Shown: positions 1 to 9,630 of the stretch, in pieces
How the letters are laid out: the number at the start of each line of letters is the position of its first letter
Numbering within the stretch: position 1 is the stretch's first letter
IMG/VR virus record: IMGVR_UViG_3300037296_000046
Coordinates: 1-64,000 of that record
Origin: a virus
DNA length: 64,000 nucleotides
Reading direction: 5' to 3' (one strand)
The notes under the pieces: model-generated
Databases searched by the model: none
What the model was told of the DNA's origin: nothing
Seen by the model: only the letters and a program-made list of their open reading frames with translations
Position numbers and translations under genes: made by a program

Positions 1-182
1 ACGCCGTGGCTTCTTACCACCAAGTAAGGCATCATCTGTCACGTATACCACCTCAAATTGATCCACTGCTAATTTCGTCAACGGTGAACCATACACAGCC
101 ACGACCTCTAGCTGATCTACAGCTAGGGCGTTTGTCGGGGAGCCTGTTACATAGACTGCCTCAAATTGGCTTACTGAGGTGC

Positions 183-1148
183 TCATGCACGGCTCCGAAC
201 ACCCGCCTGAAGCGCGTCTAGTTCAGCCCATGTAAAGGGCAACCCAGTTGCAGGATTGGTTTCAAAAACCGTCGAATAGCTTTTGAAAACCTCACTCATA
301 GCAATATCTGCACCATGATAATTTGCACCCCCTGACCGAACAACGTGGTTCAGATTTTGAGGCCCAGTTGCACCACGAGATGCACGACTATTTACAACCA
401 CCCCTCGAACACCCAGTGCCGTTGCTTGTGGTGGGGCTGCTAATGCGTAAGTGGTAACAACATCAGCGGTATCAGCAGTGATCATGCTAAGGTCATTCGG
501 TCCTGTATGGTTCACGTCGGCTACAGCACCGATGAAACCAGAATCATTACCCGCTGCATTAGGCTTAATGCTGCGAACTTTCATACCTCGTGTATCTTCT
601 GTGGCAAGAATTACCTCACTTACAGACATGTTACCATTTGTGTTAGTATTTAATACGTTAATCTTACTTACATTGGTTCCATACTTTTTGGTGTCACCTG
701 TCATTTCCACCATTAACACTTTATCAATATATAGCCGAATGAAGCCATCAGTTGCATGGATTTTAAAGTGTATATCTACAGCGAACTTAGTAGCTTCTGG
801 TATTATAGCAGTTGTGGTGCTTTGGGTATTTGAGCTTGCATAGTATACCCATATTTTTGCAACACCATTATACCCTTCTACAGAAAACAGAATTTGGCCT
901 GTTGAATCTCTAAAGCGTATAAGTGCTTCATCATAGAAGTTATCACCTGAAGCTAGATAGATAACCTCGTGAAACCACCCCTCATCTAGGGGCGCAATAT
1001 CCCTACTTAAAATTGCACTAGTTTTACTCAGCATTAGGGTATCACTTAAACCGTTATCGGTGTTTAAGTATGCGGCAGTGGTTTCTGCCGTTACATTCGC
1101 GTGACCGTCAAATCCAGCTAATGTGTTCGTTGCAAAAATAATGGCCAT
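183..1148 (-). CDS. Tail-associated / receptor-binding accessory protein (beta-rich, possibly lectin-like)
   Basis: 321 aa ORF translationally coupled (TAATG overlap at 1148) to the tail fibre; beta-strand-rich; late minus-strand operon. Confidence 0.55.
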   Translation of the reverse strand: MAIIFATNTLAGFDGHANVTAETTAAYLNTDNGLSDTLMLSKTSAILSRDIAPLDEGWFHEVIYLASGDNFYDEALIRFRDSTGQILFSVEGYNGVAKIWVYYASSNTQSTTTAIIPEATKFAVDIHFKIHATDGFIRLYIDKVLMVEMTGDTKKYGTNVSKINVLNTNTNGNMSVSEVILATEDTRGMKVRSIKPNAAGNDSGFIGAVADVNHTGPNDLSMITADTADVVTTYALAAPPQATALGVRGVVVNSRASRGATGPQNLNHVVRSGGANYHGADIAMSEVFKSYSTVFETNPATGLPFTWAELDALQAGVRSRA

Positions 1149-3481
1149 TAGAGTGTTCCTTTGATGGTGATTGCGATGTCCGAAAGAGTTGCGTCTGCCG
1201 CAGTGGCACCTGTAATGGTCAGAATGTCCAAGGCTTCAAAAACAGTTGGTTCTGCCATAGTAGCAATACCAACAGTGGAATTAGCAAACTCAATGGTAGC
1301 AAACGCTACATTGTTCTTTTTCAGAGTCAGAGTGTAAACGCTTGCTGATCCAGTGAGAGCTACACCTGTAATTTTGCTTGCATCCTTAATAGTTATATCC
1401 CGTGCGACAGGATGATATTGGACAATCTCAGACTCGCCAATAGTTGAGGCAACGAATGTGGACAGGATATACTCAGATACATGGGACAGCAAAGCCCAAT
1501 TAGGACTTCCGCTGCTAGGCAGTAGCTCAGTATCAGCCGTTGCGATATACCGTTTGCTATTCTCAACTACCATGTTGCCTTTAAGGAATGGTCCACCCGG
1601 TACGCTCGCAAAACCAAACCGGCTGATATAGACCGTATCATCACCAATATCACCGCTACCATCTTTGCGGTAATACAGTTGAATGATATGAGGTCCAGCA
1701 GGAACTAGGAATGAGTACTCATTCCAAGCACCAATTGCTTTACCATTTGTGGTATATACCTGAACGCCATCCATGAAAATCATGACGTAGTCGTAACCTA
1801 TTTCAGAGTTATTATTGTAGCGAAAATGTAATGTATCATCCGTAGGGTTATCAACCGCTAGGTTAATACCTACTTTACCACCGCTACTTGCCGGACCCAT
1901 ACGAAAGATTTTCTCTCCCGTTACAGGATCAAAATCACCTGTATAGTAAGGATTGGAAGTACTAAAACCTGATCCAGTAATTGGTGTTACAGTGGCGTTC
2001 GGGATACCAAATAGATCAAGCTCACTATAGCTTATCCCACCTAGCTCACCCACATATTCCAGATCAAGTGATCCACTACCGCTAGAAGCATTATCCCATG
2101 CTGTCAGAACTACAGGATCAATCGAGCGAACATCTACCTGAACGTGAACGTCGTTGGCATGGTAAGTGTTATCCCCAATAACAGGAGCTTTGGTGGCATA
2201 CCGGATTGAACCCTTAAACAGGATAAAGCCATCTGGGTCTGAATTAGGCTGTTCCCCCGGAAAAGAGACACCGACAGGAGATACGTTTGACCCATCTGTC
2301 CGCACAAATACAAATCCGTAGACACCTGCATCAAGCTCAACATTGTCTATGCCAATGTAGTATTTCTGTGAAACAGTATACGTTACTGGATCACTTTCAT
2401 ACACCACTTCAGTAATGGTTCCGGGATTTGCGGAATCAAGACGAACAATCATAAATTTCAGAGTTTGATTAGCACCTAGATATGACTCAATGCCAAAAAT
2501 AACTCGTGCTTTAGGTAACTCATAAATTGTACCTTTGGTCGCAAATCCAGATGTGCTTATGGATGTTGCTTTATTTGTTTTATAGAAGCTCTCAGCCACA
2601 ACATATTTAGTGATGGTTTCCCCACCACCACCACCACCACCGCCACCATCAGTAGCTTGGACAACAGACCATCCAGCGTCCTTACGAGCATACTGGTTGC
2701 CGTCCTGTGGGGCTTCTGGGATGCCTGTGTCTCCACCCGTATCTCCACCACCACCGCCTGTGGGAGCATCAACAAATGCAATCCCATTTCCGAAGTCTGT
2801 GACAGCGAGGAACTTGCCTGCATTGAAGGCAAAGGAGTTGGGCGTGTCAGACAGCTCTAGAAACGATGTAGCACCACCAGTGCCTCCACCGCCGCCTGAT
2901 GCTGGCTCAGCTTCTTCAAGCGTCACCACACGAGCAGCCAGAGCAGCTACGGAAGTATCCTGATCCTCATTGTAACCACTCAGTGCATCAAGCTCCGAGT
3001 TAATCAATGTGATCGCTTGGTTCAGCAGCGTAATAGAGCCTGCCTGAGACACCACAGTGTTGTTCAGTGTAGTGTGTGCAGCACCCTGTGTAGCGACCGT
3101 CTGAGCCAAGGCTGACACTGTGCCAGCTAGGTTGCTTGCCGTGGTATTGGTCTGCCCTAGAGCCAAGCTCAGAGCGTTTGTGGCTTGAGTACGCAAACCG
3201 ATTGCAGTCGTGATCTGGAAGGATAAAGCCGTTTCAGCTTCAGCAACCTTCTCATCGACATATTCACCAAGGTTGTTGATACGACTACCTACAGCGATAA
3301 TATCTGGGAAAGATGGAGCCAATGCGAACAGGGCATCAATCTCAGTTGTCTTATCTGCCAGAGAAACCAGTTGCTCTTTGACATCATAGAGGGATTCTAG
3401 GGTGAGCAGCAGAGCACCTACCCGCTGGTCTGCGAGTTGTACTGGGCTATCTTTATCCCCATAGTCAGTAGATGCACGCAT
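1148..3481 (-). CDS. Tail fibre protein (coiled-coil shaft, Gly linkers, foldon-like motif, carbohydrate-binding-like domains)
   Basis: 777 aa; heptad-like Ala/Leu/Thr N-terminal third; poly-Gly hinges; IPEAPQDGNQYARKDAGW resembles the T4 fibritin foldon; lies just downstream of the gp67-like gene as in N4-like phages. Confidence 0.8.
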   Translation of the reverse strand: MRASTDYGDKDSPVQLADQRVGALLLTLESLYDVKEQLVSLADKTTEIDALFALAPSFPDIIAVGSRINNLGEYVDEKVAEAETALSFQITTAIGLRTQATNALSLALGQTNTTASNLAGTVSALAQTVATQGAAHTTLNNTVVSQAGSITLLNQAITLINSELDALSGYNEDQDTSVAALAARVVTLEEAEPASGGGGGTGGATSFLELSDTPNSFAFNAGKFLAVTDFGNGIAFVDAPTGGGGGDTGGDTGIPEAPQDGNQYARKDAGWSVVQATDGGGGGGGGGETITKYVVAESFYKTNKATSISTSGFATKGTIYELPKARVIFGIESYLGANQTLKFMIVRLDSANPGTITEVVYESDPVTYTVSQKYYIGIDNVELDAGVYGFVFVRTDGSNVSPVGVSFPGEQPNSDPDGFILFKGSIRYATKAPVIGDNTYHANDVHVQVDVRSIDPVVLTAWDNASSGSGSLDLEYVGELGGISYSELDLFGIPNATVTPITGSGFSTSNPYYTGDFDPVTGEKIFRMGPASSGGKVGINLAVDNPTDDTLHFRYNNNSEIGYDYVMIFMDGVQVYTTNGKAIGAWNEYSFLVPAGPHIIQLYYRKDGSGDIGDDTVYISRFGFASVPGGPFLKGNMVVENSKRYIATADTELLPSSGSPNWALLSHVSEYILSTFVASTIGESEIVQYHPVARDITIKDASKITGVALTGSASVYTLTLKKNNVAFATIEFANSTVGIATMAEPTVFEALDILTITGATAADATLSDIAITIKGTL

Positions 3482-4179
3482 TAGACAAACCCTCGTTGTT
3501 CAAGTTTCGTATGGCTGTTGATCACCGAGTTGTTCACTAGGTTACGATTTTCAATCTCAGCACAGATGGATTGGAAGTTACCCATATGCTCAGCACCTTT
3601 AGCAGTGCTTTCAGGATTGTTCATGTGCGAAAAGCACTTGCCTGCCACATAAGACAAGAGGGCTTCCTCAAGATACCGTGGAACGTGGACCTCCTGACAA
3701 GGATTCGTACCAATCATCACAGGGTGCATGGCTTGGTAGATCACAGAGTAAAGCTGACCACGGTTGCTAGGAATCTGAATACAGTCAAATTCCGTGAGGA
3801 ACAGAGAGCTATCTTGACCCAGATCATCCACGAACTGTTGTTCCCCATGGCTGTCATAGATCGCTAGAATCTTGATGACATCCTCAGTGAACGGAGCAGA
3901 CTGGCTATCCAAGATATACTTGAATGGTACGGTTGCTGTGTTCGTTGTAGCAAACTCCTTACGCAAAAAGTAATGGGACACTGCTACGTTAGATTGTAGC
4001 AATGCCTCTTTTTGTAGGAGAATGAACTTTGAACAGAGCACCGTCAGTCCTTGGTTCAATGCGTTCAGCACCTTAGCCCGATGCTCTTGCTTGAGCATAG
4101 ACTTGTCGTTGGTGTCGATCATCGACGTGGTACTTAGCTCACCCAAGGAGAGCTTCATGGTGAATTCTCGAAAGTCCAT
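3481..4179 (-). CDS. N4 gp67-like virion structural (head-tail adaptor) protein
   Basis: 232 aa directly downstream of terminase; LSLGELS N-terminus and KLEQRGFV C-terminus typical of this family; synteny. Confidence 0.75.
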   Translation of the reverse strand: MDFREFTMKLSLGELSTTSMIDTNDKSMLKQEHRAKVLNALNQGLTVLCSKFILLQKEALLQSNVAVSHYFLRKEFATTNTATVPFKYILDSQSAPFTEDVIKILAIYDSHGEQQFVDDLGQDSSLFLTEFDCIQIPSNRGQLYSVIYQAMHPVMIGTNPCQEVHVPRYLEEALLSYVAGKCFSHMNNPESTAKGAEHMGNFQSICAEIENRNLVNNSVINSHTKLEQRGFV

Positions 4180-4191
4180 ATTCGCTTCTCG

Positions 4192-5850
4192 CTATACGAT
4201 GTAGGATGCTAACCCCGTAGTGTCTTGGTCGTTGTCGTCGTCAGCATCCCAACGGTTATTTTCATCTTTGCTCATAACCGTATCCTCTGTGGGTTTCCAC
4301 GGATTCATGTTCATCAGCATCGACACAGTGTCCAAGAAGTCATCCTTACCTTTAAGGCCATTGATCGTAGCTAGGGACAATTGGCTCATCATGATTTCCA
4401 TGATTTTGCTCTTACGCATTTCTTCTGGGAAATACATCTTGCCTGCTTTGAACAACGGTACGACTAGGTTGAACCGTGAAAGTTTGTTCGTAATAGGACG
4501 GATACCGGGCTTCGTTGCACCACTGTCTTTAGCGAAGTTGAACCAGATATTTCGGTGCATCATCTCACGCTCAAGCCACTGGATGAAAGCACCCTGCTGC
4601 CCTGTTATCTCTACACCTACTGATTGTGGACGGTAATCTGAGACTAACCGGAACAGATCATCAATTGATACGTCCATCGTTTGCCGAGCACAGACACCAT
4701 CAACCCAGAACCAGTCACCGTTTGAATTGTACGCCCACACAGAGATGACTGAGTAATCTGCTGTTTGTTTGTCCGATGTTGCAAAGTCGGTGGTAATGTA
4801 GAAATTGAATCGTCCCTTGTTGTTTAGCAAACTTGGACGGGAATACCAACGTATTTCCTCATCCTGTACCAAGCGTTCTTCAGCACTAGAAATGCGAAGC
4901 ATAAGCTCTTGGTTAAAGGCTGACAGCTTGCCACCTAGTTTAGACAAACGGTACTGCTCTGCTACAAAGTCATATGTGAAGCGATCTTCCCAAGCACCTT
5001 TGAAGTCCTCACGGCTACAAGGAAACTCCTCGCAGATCGGCCAGACAGATACATCCCATGCACCCGATTCGACAGCTTCATAGAGGATGTCTTCTTTGTT
5101 GAACGGCGTACCATTGAACACGATCTTGCGACGCGTAGGATCAAGCGCGTAGTCCACACCCTTATAGATCGTATCCTTGATGCTCTCCATGGACACCTTG
5201 GACTTGGCATCGTCATCGCTCACGAGGTCATCTAGGACAGCCAGCACAGGACGTTTACCGTTGATCTTCGTACCACGAAGACCTGTCTTGGCACCGAACA
5301 TCTTAATGCCCAGTTCTTTACCATCACGGTTCTTGAACGTAATAGCGTTGTCAGTAAACTTGGCATATGGGAGCCAATACTGAAGAAAGTCAGATTGGTT
5401 GTACCGGAATTCCAAGTTCTTTCGTGCAGACTTCACACCGTTGTCCATCGAATCAGAAACGTAGATCATCCCATCAATAGAACCAAAGCCCTCAATGCCA
5501 CCAAACACAGCGATATACGGAGCCAGATACTCAAACATCAGGGTCGTTTTAGCCATCCCGCGAGCACATAGATTCGCCACACGTTGCGTCTTACCACCGA
5601 TTTTATCCAGCATTTTCAAGTGGACAACAGGTGTCTTGTTGGCTTCTCCGACTGCGCCGTTGACCAGCTTAACGAAGTTCATAAAGTTCAAAGCGAATTT
5701 GCTTGGAACGTATGCACCACTATTCAATGATGCGTAATCTACTTCATCCAGCCAATCATCCACCGTCTTCTTACGATCATCGTCTTTGATAATCTTAATG
5801 ATCGGGTCTGGTTTCTTGGCTTGTGGTTCCTGCAATACAACGGGGTCCAT
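4192..5850 (-). CDS. terL: Terminase large subunit (N4 gp68-like)
   Basis: Walker A-like ARGMAKTT, Walker B AVLDDL, motif III NGTP, RNase H-like nuclease TTDFA...DYS and KDDFLD. Confidence 0.93.
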   Translation of the reverse strand: MDPVVLQEPQAKKPDPIIKIIKDDDRKKTVDDWLDEVDYASLNSGAYVPSKFALNFMNFVKLVNGAVGEANKTPVVHLKMLDKIGGKTQRVANLCARGMAKTTLMFEYLAPYIAVFGGIEGFGSIDGMIYVSDSMDNGVKSARKNLEFRYNQSDFLQYWLPYAKFTDNAITFKNRDGKELGIKMFGAKTGLRGTKINGKRPVLAVLDDLVSDDDAKSKVSMESIKDTIYKGVDYALDPTRRKIVFNGTPFNKEDILYEAVESGAWDVSVWPICEEFPCSREDFKGAWEDRFTYDFVAEQYRLSKLGGKLSAFNQELMLRISSAEERLVQDEEIRWYSRPSLLNNKGRFNFYITTDFATSDKQTADYSVISVWAYNSNGDWFWVDGVCARQTMDVSIDDLFRLVSDYRPQSVGVEITGQQGAFIQWLEREMMHRNIWFNFAKDSGATKPGIRPITNKLSRFNLVVPLFKAGKMYFPEEMRKSKIMEIMMSQLSLATINGLKGKDDFLDTVSMLMNMNPWKPTEDTVMSKDENNRWDADDDNDQDTTGLASYIV

Positions 5851-6542
5851 TATTCAATTACCTCCGCGTCAACAACTTCAGGCTTAACGAGCGACTGATG
5901 TGCAATGTCTTTCGTGGAATACCCACCTTTAGAGATGAGTTCTTGCTGAGTGGTTGCCATCTCACTGAGCTTGTCACGCAAGTCCTGCATCCCTGAAGTG
6001 TCCTTCAGGTCCATGGATAGCTCGACCTTCTGTGTCTCAGGCTTCTTGATGTGGGCCAGCAACGAGTTCGCTGCCTGCATCCGTACCATTTCACTCTTGG
6101 CGTTCATCATAAGATCGGCCTGAGTATTGATAGCACGCTGAACCAAGTCCTGATTCAAAACCCAAATAGGAATCAAGGTACGCTCAAGGATCAGGTTCAC
6201 TAGCTTGTTCTTATTGACGCCAGCAACGTAAGCACTGATGTCCTTCTCGGTAGCACCCTTGGCTACAAGACGCGCATAGCGTTCAGGATATGTCCGTGAA
6301 TACGCCTCATGGGCAGTGTAGCCCATCATCTTATAGCTAACATATACAACGGCTTCGACATATTGGTGCAGCTTGAACCGCCCCTCAGTCATAACCGAAG
6401 TGTATGAAATGAAGTTGTCTCGCATCGTCTCCGCAGCTTGTGGATCGACAGACAGATTATTTAGCTCATCTACCATTTGCTGAGAGACTTTAGTCTTTAG
6501 CTGAGATGGTAGTGCTCGCTCGACATCACTGATGGTCAGCAT
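5850..6542 (-). CDS. N4 gp69-like protein (putative terminase small subunit)
   Basis: 230 aa immediately upstream of TerL, coupled; SEMVRMQAANSLLAH motif; conserved N4 synteny. Confidence 0.75.
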   Translation of the reverse strand: MLTISDVERALPSQLKTKVSQQMVDELNNLSVDPQAAETMRDNFISYTSVMTEGRFKLHQYVEAVVYVSYKMMGYTAHEAYSRTYPERYARLVAKGATEKDISAYVAGVNKNKLVNLILERTLIPIWVLNQDLVQRAINTQADLMMNAKSEMVRMQAANSLLAHIKKPETQKVELSMDLKDTSGMQDLRDKLSEMATTQQELISKGGYSTKDIAHQSLVKPEVVDAEVIE

Positions 6543-6603
6543 GAGTTACCCTTTAGATTTATATCCCATAGCACATAGACCCATCTCTTTGATTATCCTA
6601 GTG

Positions 6604-6621
6604 GTTCTTTTTTGGGTTTTA
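6604..6621 (+). promoter_or_regulatory. Recurrent intergenic motif GTTC(G)TTTTTTGGGTTTTA (candidate middle promoter)
   Basis: Near-identical copy at 29381-29399; variants at 17918-17935 and 43891-43910; all intergenic and upstream of + strand genes. Confidence 0.45.
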
Positions 6622-6700
6622 TGATCAGGTATAGATCGTTGCTGCGGAACCAGAATGGGTCCATAACAGTTTTACTCGTAACAATTAGGAGCACTTCCCC

Positions 6701-7084
6701 ATGGCGAAGACACCACACACCAATGACAACGGCACAGTCAATCCTCCGATGAATCAAGAGGTCAAACTTGCTGCACCACCCAAGACACTGGACGAAAAAG
6801 AGTTCGGTCCCGGCGCTTGGGTCTTCTCTGAAGCACTGCAACGTCCCATTGTGACTGGCACCATTCCCGGCCCAGTCTCAGACCGGACGCTGTTGGATGC
6901 CAAGAACGTGGATGAGGCTCTGGCTGAATCCCGTGACAAAGGGCTGTACACAGCACAGAAAGCTGCTGGCGTGACTATCGTTGTTCAAGACGGTGATCAG
7001 AAAGTCATCAACGGCTCGAAGGCTAAAGAGGTTGAAGAAAAACCCAAAGCCAAAAAAGATACCAAGGCTGATAAGACAGAGTAA
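6701..7084 (+). CDS. Hypothetical protein
   Basis: 127 aa, AGGAG RBS, phage-like codon usage, followed by a terminator. Confidence 0.8.
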   Translation: MAKTPHTNDNGTVNPPMNQEVKLAAPPKTLDEKEFGPGAWVFSEALQRPIVTGTIPGPVSDRTLLDAKNVDEALAESRDKGLYTAQKAAGVTIVVQDGDQKVINGSKAKEVEEKPKAKKDTKADKTE

Positions 7085-7107
7085 GCTCCTGTGGTTGACT
7101 TGGTATA

Positions 7108-7134
7108 GGGGAGGGCTTCGGCTCTCCCTTTCTT
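7108..7134 (+). terminator. Rho-independent terminator
   Basis: GGGAGGGC-TTCG-GCTCTCCC followed by TTTCTT. Confidence 0.75.
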
Positions 7135-7165
7135 AAACTGAAATCCCTTATTGGAGGTAGAACCC

Positions 7166-7336
7166 ATGGGACTAGAGAAACAAGAAGACAAGAACGATGC
7201 AGCTATAGAAGGTATCTACACGATACTTGCATTGGCTGCCAAAACCTTTGACGGTACTGAAGCTATGAAGCTCAGTCAGGCAGCGGTTAATTCCTCAATG
7301 GCATTGCTGAACATCGCTGACTTCAAGAAGCGGTAA
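7166..7336 (+). CDS. Hypothetical protein
   Basis: GGAGG RBS then ATG at 7166; 56 aa; followed by a terminator. Confidence 0.7.
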   Translation: MGLEKQEDKNDAAIEGIYTILALAAKTFDGTEAMKLSQAAVNSSMALLNIADFKKR

Positions 7337-7342
7337 TTCATT

Positions 7343-7366
7343 GGAGGGGCTTCGGTCCCTCCTTTC
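7343..7366 (+). terminator. Rho-independent terminator
   Basis: GGAGGGGC-TTCG-GTCCCTCC-TTT. Confidence 0.7.
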
Positions 7367-7507
7367 TACATTCTAGTATGGGACATCCTATTCTAGAGTG
7401 TAGCCCTGAATCTCTCGACAGCTTTCTAATCCTTTGACTGTCTTTGATTTGGTCAGGCGTCTTACCAACGTCTTGGCACACTCGCTTAATTCTGAACCAA
7501 GGAACCA

Positions 7508-7732
7508 ATGATGGAACCCAACCTCGTCAACGTCCACCTCAACGGTATCCCATTAGATACCATGCACACTGCATTAGAAGTTTGTAAGAGCTTTGCTATG
7601 CAGTACCCAGATCGAGTAGGTATAAGAAGTCTAGTAGTCTATACCAAGGACTATGCTAATACCCCCTACAATTTCGTAGTCTATCGTACCCGTAAAGGTA
7701 GAATCGTTATTCGCCTCAGCCAAAAGGATTAG
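7508..7732 (+). CDS. Hypothetical protein
   Basis: AAGGA RBS, 74 aa, first of a tight run of small genes. Confidence 0.65.
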   Translation: MMEPNLVNVHLNGIPLDTMHTALEVCKSFAMQYPDRVGIRSLVVYTKDYANTPYNFVVYRTRKGRIVIRLSQKD

Positions 7733-7738
7733 AACACC

Positions 7739-7954
7739 ATGGAAGATACTCAGCCTAAGCGGCTCCTTTACCACATCATGCTGACCTACAAGACACCCAC
7801 CAATCGTGATGGCTCCGGTACATATCACAAACGTGGTGACACTGAGGAAGAAGCAATCCTCGAAGCAAAGAACCAATTGATAAATGATCCTCGTACTCGT
7901 GTCGCTGGCGGCATGGAAGGTATCACTGTCAAGGTCTACGGTGTGGATGACTGA
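7739..7954 (+). CDS. Hypothetical protein
   Basis: 71 aa, AAGGA RBS, tight spacing. Confidence 0.7.
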   Translation: MEDTQPKRLLYHIMLTYKTPTNRDGSGTYHKRGDTEEEAILEAKNQLINDPRTRVAGGMEGITVKVYGVDD

Positions 7955-7957
7955 ACC

Positions 7958-8194
7958 ATGTTGCACTACACAATGTATTCCCTGATCATCACAGGGTTCT
8001 TCATCAACTTCATCGGTATCATGATCATCTCGCTGAATAAGCCAGACAAATCAATGAGCTACCATGAGTACAAGCGGTTGTGGGAACGTCAGCAAGGCGG
8101 TCAACAACTCTGCATGTTTGGACTACTATCCCTCATCCTAGCTCTTATCATATACTTACTATTAACATTTGTAATGGATACCCCTATACAATGA
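7958..8194 (+). CDS. Small membrane protein (2 TM)
   Basis: Two hydrophobic segments; ATGA overlap with the next gene. Confidence 0.6.
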   Translation: MLHYTMYSLIITGFFINFIGIMIISLNKPDKSMSYHEYKRLWERQQGGQQLCMFGLLSLILALIIYLLLTFVMDTPIQ

Positions 8195-8502
8195 GAACCA
8201 GATGCCCACCATACAGCACCCTCATCACAGATCATCAGGTTGATGTAGTCCATCGTCATGCCAACTTTGGAGCCAATATCACCAAACGTCAGGTTTTAGA
8301 CCAAGGTGTTCTACGTGTAGTCTTCGGATATTCCATGGGCTTCACTCAATATCAGATTCTAAACGAGCATGGGTTACTTCTAGCCAACGCTCCCAAGGGT
8401 CAGCATCGTCTATCAATGAAGGGGTACAAGTACCTCAAGGCAGTCTACAACATTGCTGACTTTGAAAAATTTCTGGATGTAATCGACCCTTCCCCTGTCT
8501 AA
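8191..8502 (+). CDS. Hypothetical protein
   Basis: Likely start ATG 8191 (ATGA overlap), 103 aa. Confidence 0.65.
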   Translation: MRTRCPPYSTLITDHQVDVVHRHANFGANITKRQVLDQGVLRVVFGYSMGFTQYQILNEHGLLLANAPKGQHRLSMKGYKYLKAVYNIADFEKFLDVIDPSPV

Positions 8503-9063
8503 CCTACTGATCCCCCTATCAAAAAATCTCATGTGCATTTTTGCAATGCAGGTATGCATTTTTAGGGGGATTGACAGACCATTTTGCTCCCCATAGATCA
8601 GTCCCACCGGTACTCAATCCGGCAGGGGGTTTATGCTTGCCACAGGTCTGTTCAGAAACCGATAGCAAAGCTACCTCGAACCAATCAGATACGGTCAGCC
8701 GCCACTCAGGGTCAAACCCCTTCGGTTCTAACGCTTCCATCCTATCGGACGAAGACATCAGAACATTAGCGGCTGAGGCCCGTCTCTCCAAACTCCTCCT
8801 AGAGTTCTCATCCAAACCTCCCCCCTTAACTACATTCCAATGGCAAATCCTATTGAAAGATAAGATTCCATATTGTTAGATAGTAACCCATTAATAGGGT
8901 ATATTATATATATTTAGGGAAGTAGATATTGAAAATGTAACCCATTAGGGGATTTTCATCCATATGTTTCCTAGTAGTATTAACACTCCTAACACTAATA
9001 ACACAACATACCCCCCCGGTATTGTGTCCCTATGACGTACCACTATGCTGCCACCCTAGTCCT
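8503..9063. other. Probable genome-terminus / collapsed terminal-repeat region
   Basis: Long, mostly non-coding, partly AT-rich stretch between right-arm genes and the first early promoter; contains inverted and direct repeats; matches N4 genome architecture. Confidence 0.6.
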
Positions 9064-9082
9064 GAGCCTGCGGCTCCATTGG
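9064..9082 (+). promoter_or_regulatory. vRNAP early hairpin promoter P1
   Basis: GAGCC-TGC-GGCTC-CATT-GG: the template strand forms a 5-bp stem with C-G-closed GCA triloop, then a 4-nt spacer and +1 GG, the N4 promoter geometry. Confidence 0.85.
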
Positions 9083-9115
9083 CACTGTGTATGTCATCAA
9101 CCTTAGGAGCTAACT

Positions 9116-9469
9116 ATGTCCACTGTATATGGTACTACCCGTGACACTGCTATCGACGCACTGACTGTCGTTCGTACTGTCGCACAATCTACCTCTGCCC
9201 TTGTAGGCGGATTAGGATTAGGCATCGACGCTTTAACTAGCAAGATGCAAGACCTTCATGCTAATGTAACACATGAGGCTGAGGAAAAGAGAATCTCCAT
9301 GGTGGAGTTCTCCATGGCTGAGTTCGACAAGAACCACGCTATCCGTATGGTAAAGGCGGAAGCTGAACTAGACGCTAACCCTGCTGCTAAATCACGATAC
9401 ATGCGTATCCAGTCCGAACGGGCTGCCCGCAAGGCTGCTGCTGCTGAAGCGGCACCTGTTACTGAGTAA
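9116..9469 (+). CDS. First early protein (N4 gp1-like by position)
   Basis: AGGAG RBS, 117 aa helical, first gene after P1 and preceding the gp2 homologue. Confidence 0.65.
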   Translation: MSTVYGTTRDTAIDALTVVRTVAQSTSALVGGLGLGIDALTSKMQDLHANVTHEAEEKRISMVEFSMAEFDKNHAIRMVKAEAELDANPAAKSRYMRIQSERAARKAAAAEAAPVTE

Positions 9470-9473
9470 CGCT

Positions 9474-9505
9474 AAAGACTGTGCCTCACGCTGAGGTACA
9501 GCTTT
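9474..9505 (+). terminator. Hairpin / weak terminator after the first early gene
   Basis: CTGTGCCTCA-CGC-TGAGGTACAG followed by CTTT. Confidence 0.45.
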
Positions 9506-9611
9506 GCCCTAGGATAGTATAGTATACCTACTATACGTCCTTATACTAGGATAGTATACTCTATGCTAGGTTCTACTATCGCAAGACTAGCTTGGTTCCT
9601 CATATCTAGCT

Positions 9612-9630
9612 GGGACTGCGTCCCCAATGG
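9612..9630 (+). promoter_or_regulatory. vRNAP early hairpin promoter P2
   Basis: GGGAC-TGC-GTCCC-CAAT-GG: same loop, spacer and +1 as P1 with compensatory stem changes. Confidence 0.85.

Noticed and set aside
2622-2900. CCA/CCG trinucleotide runs as a tandem repeat or CRISPR-like array
   Set aside because: They encode poly-Gly linkers of the tail fibre; no repeat-spacer array seen anywhere in the window
8519-8879. ORFs 8541-8879(+), 8584-8769(+), 8519-8815(-)
   Set aside because: No clear RBS, atypical composition, in the presumed terminal region; cannot support as genes
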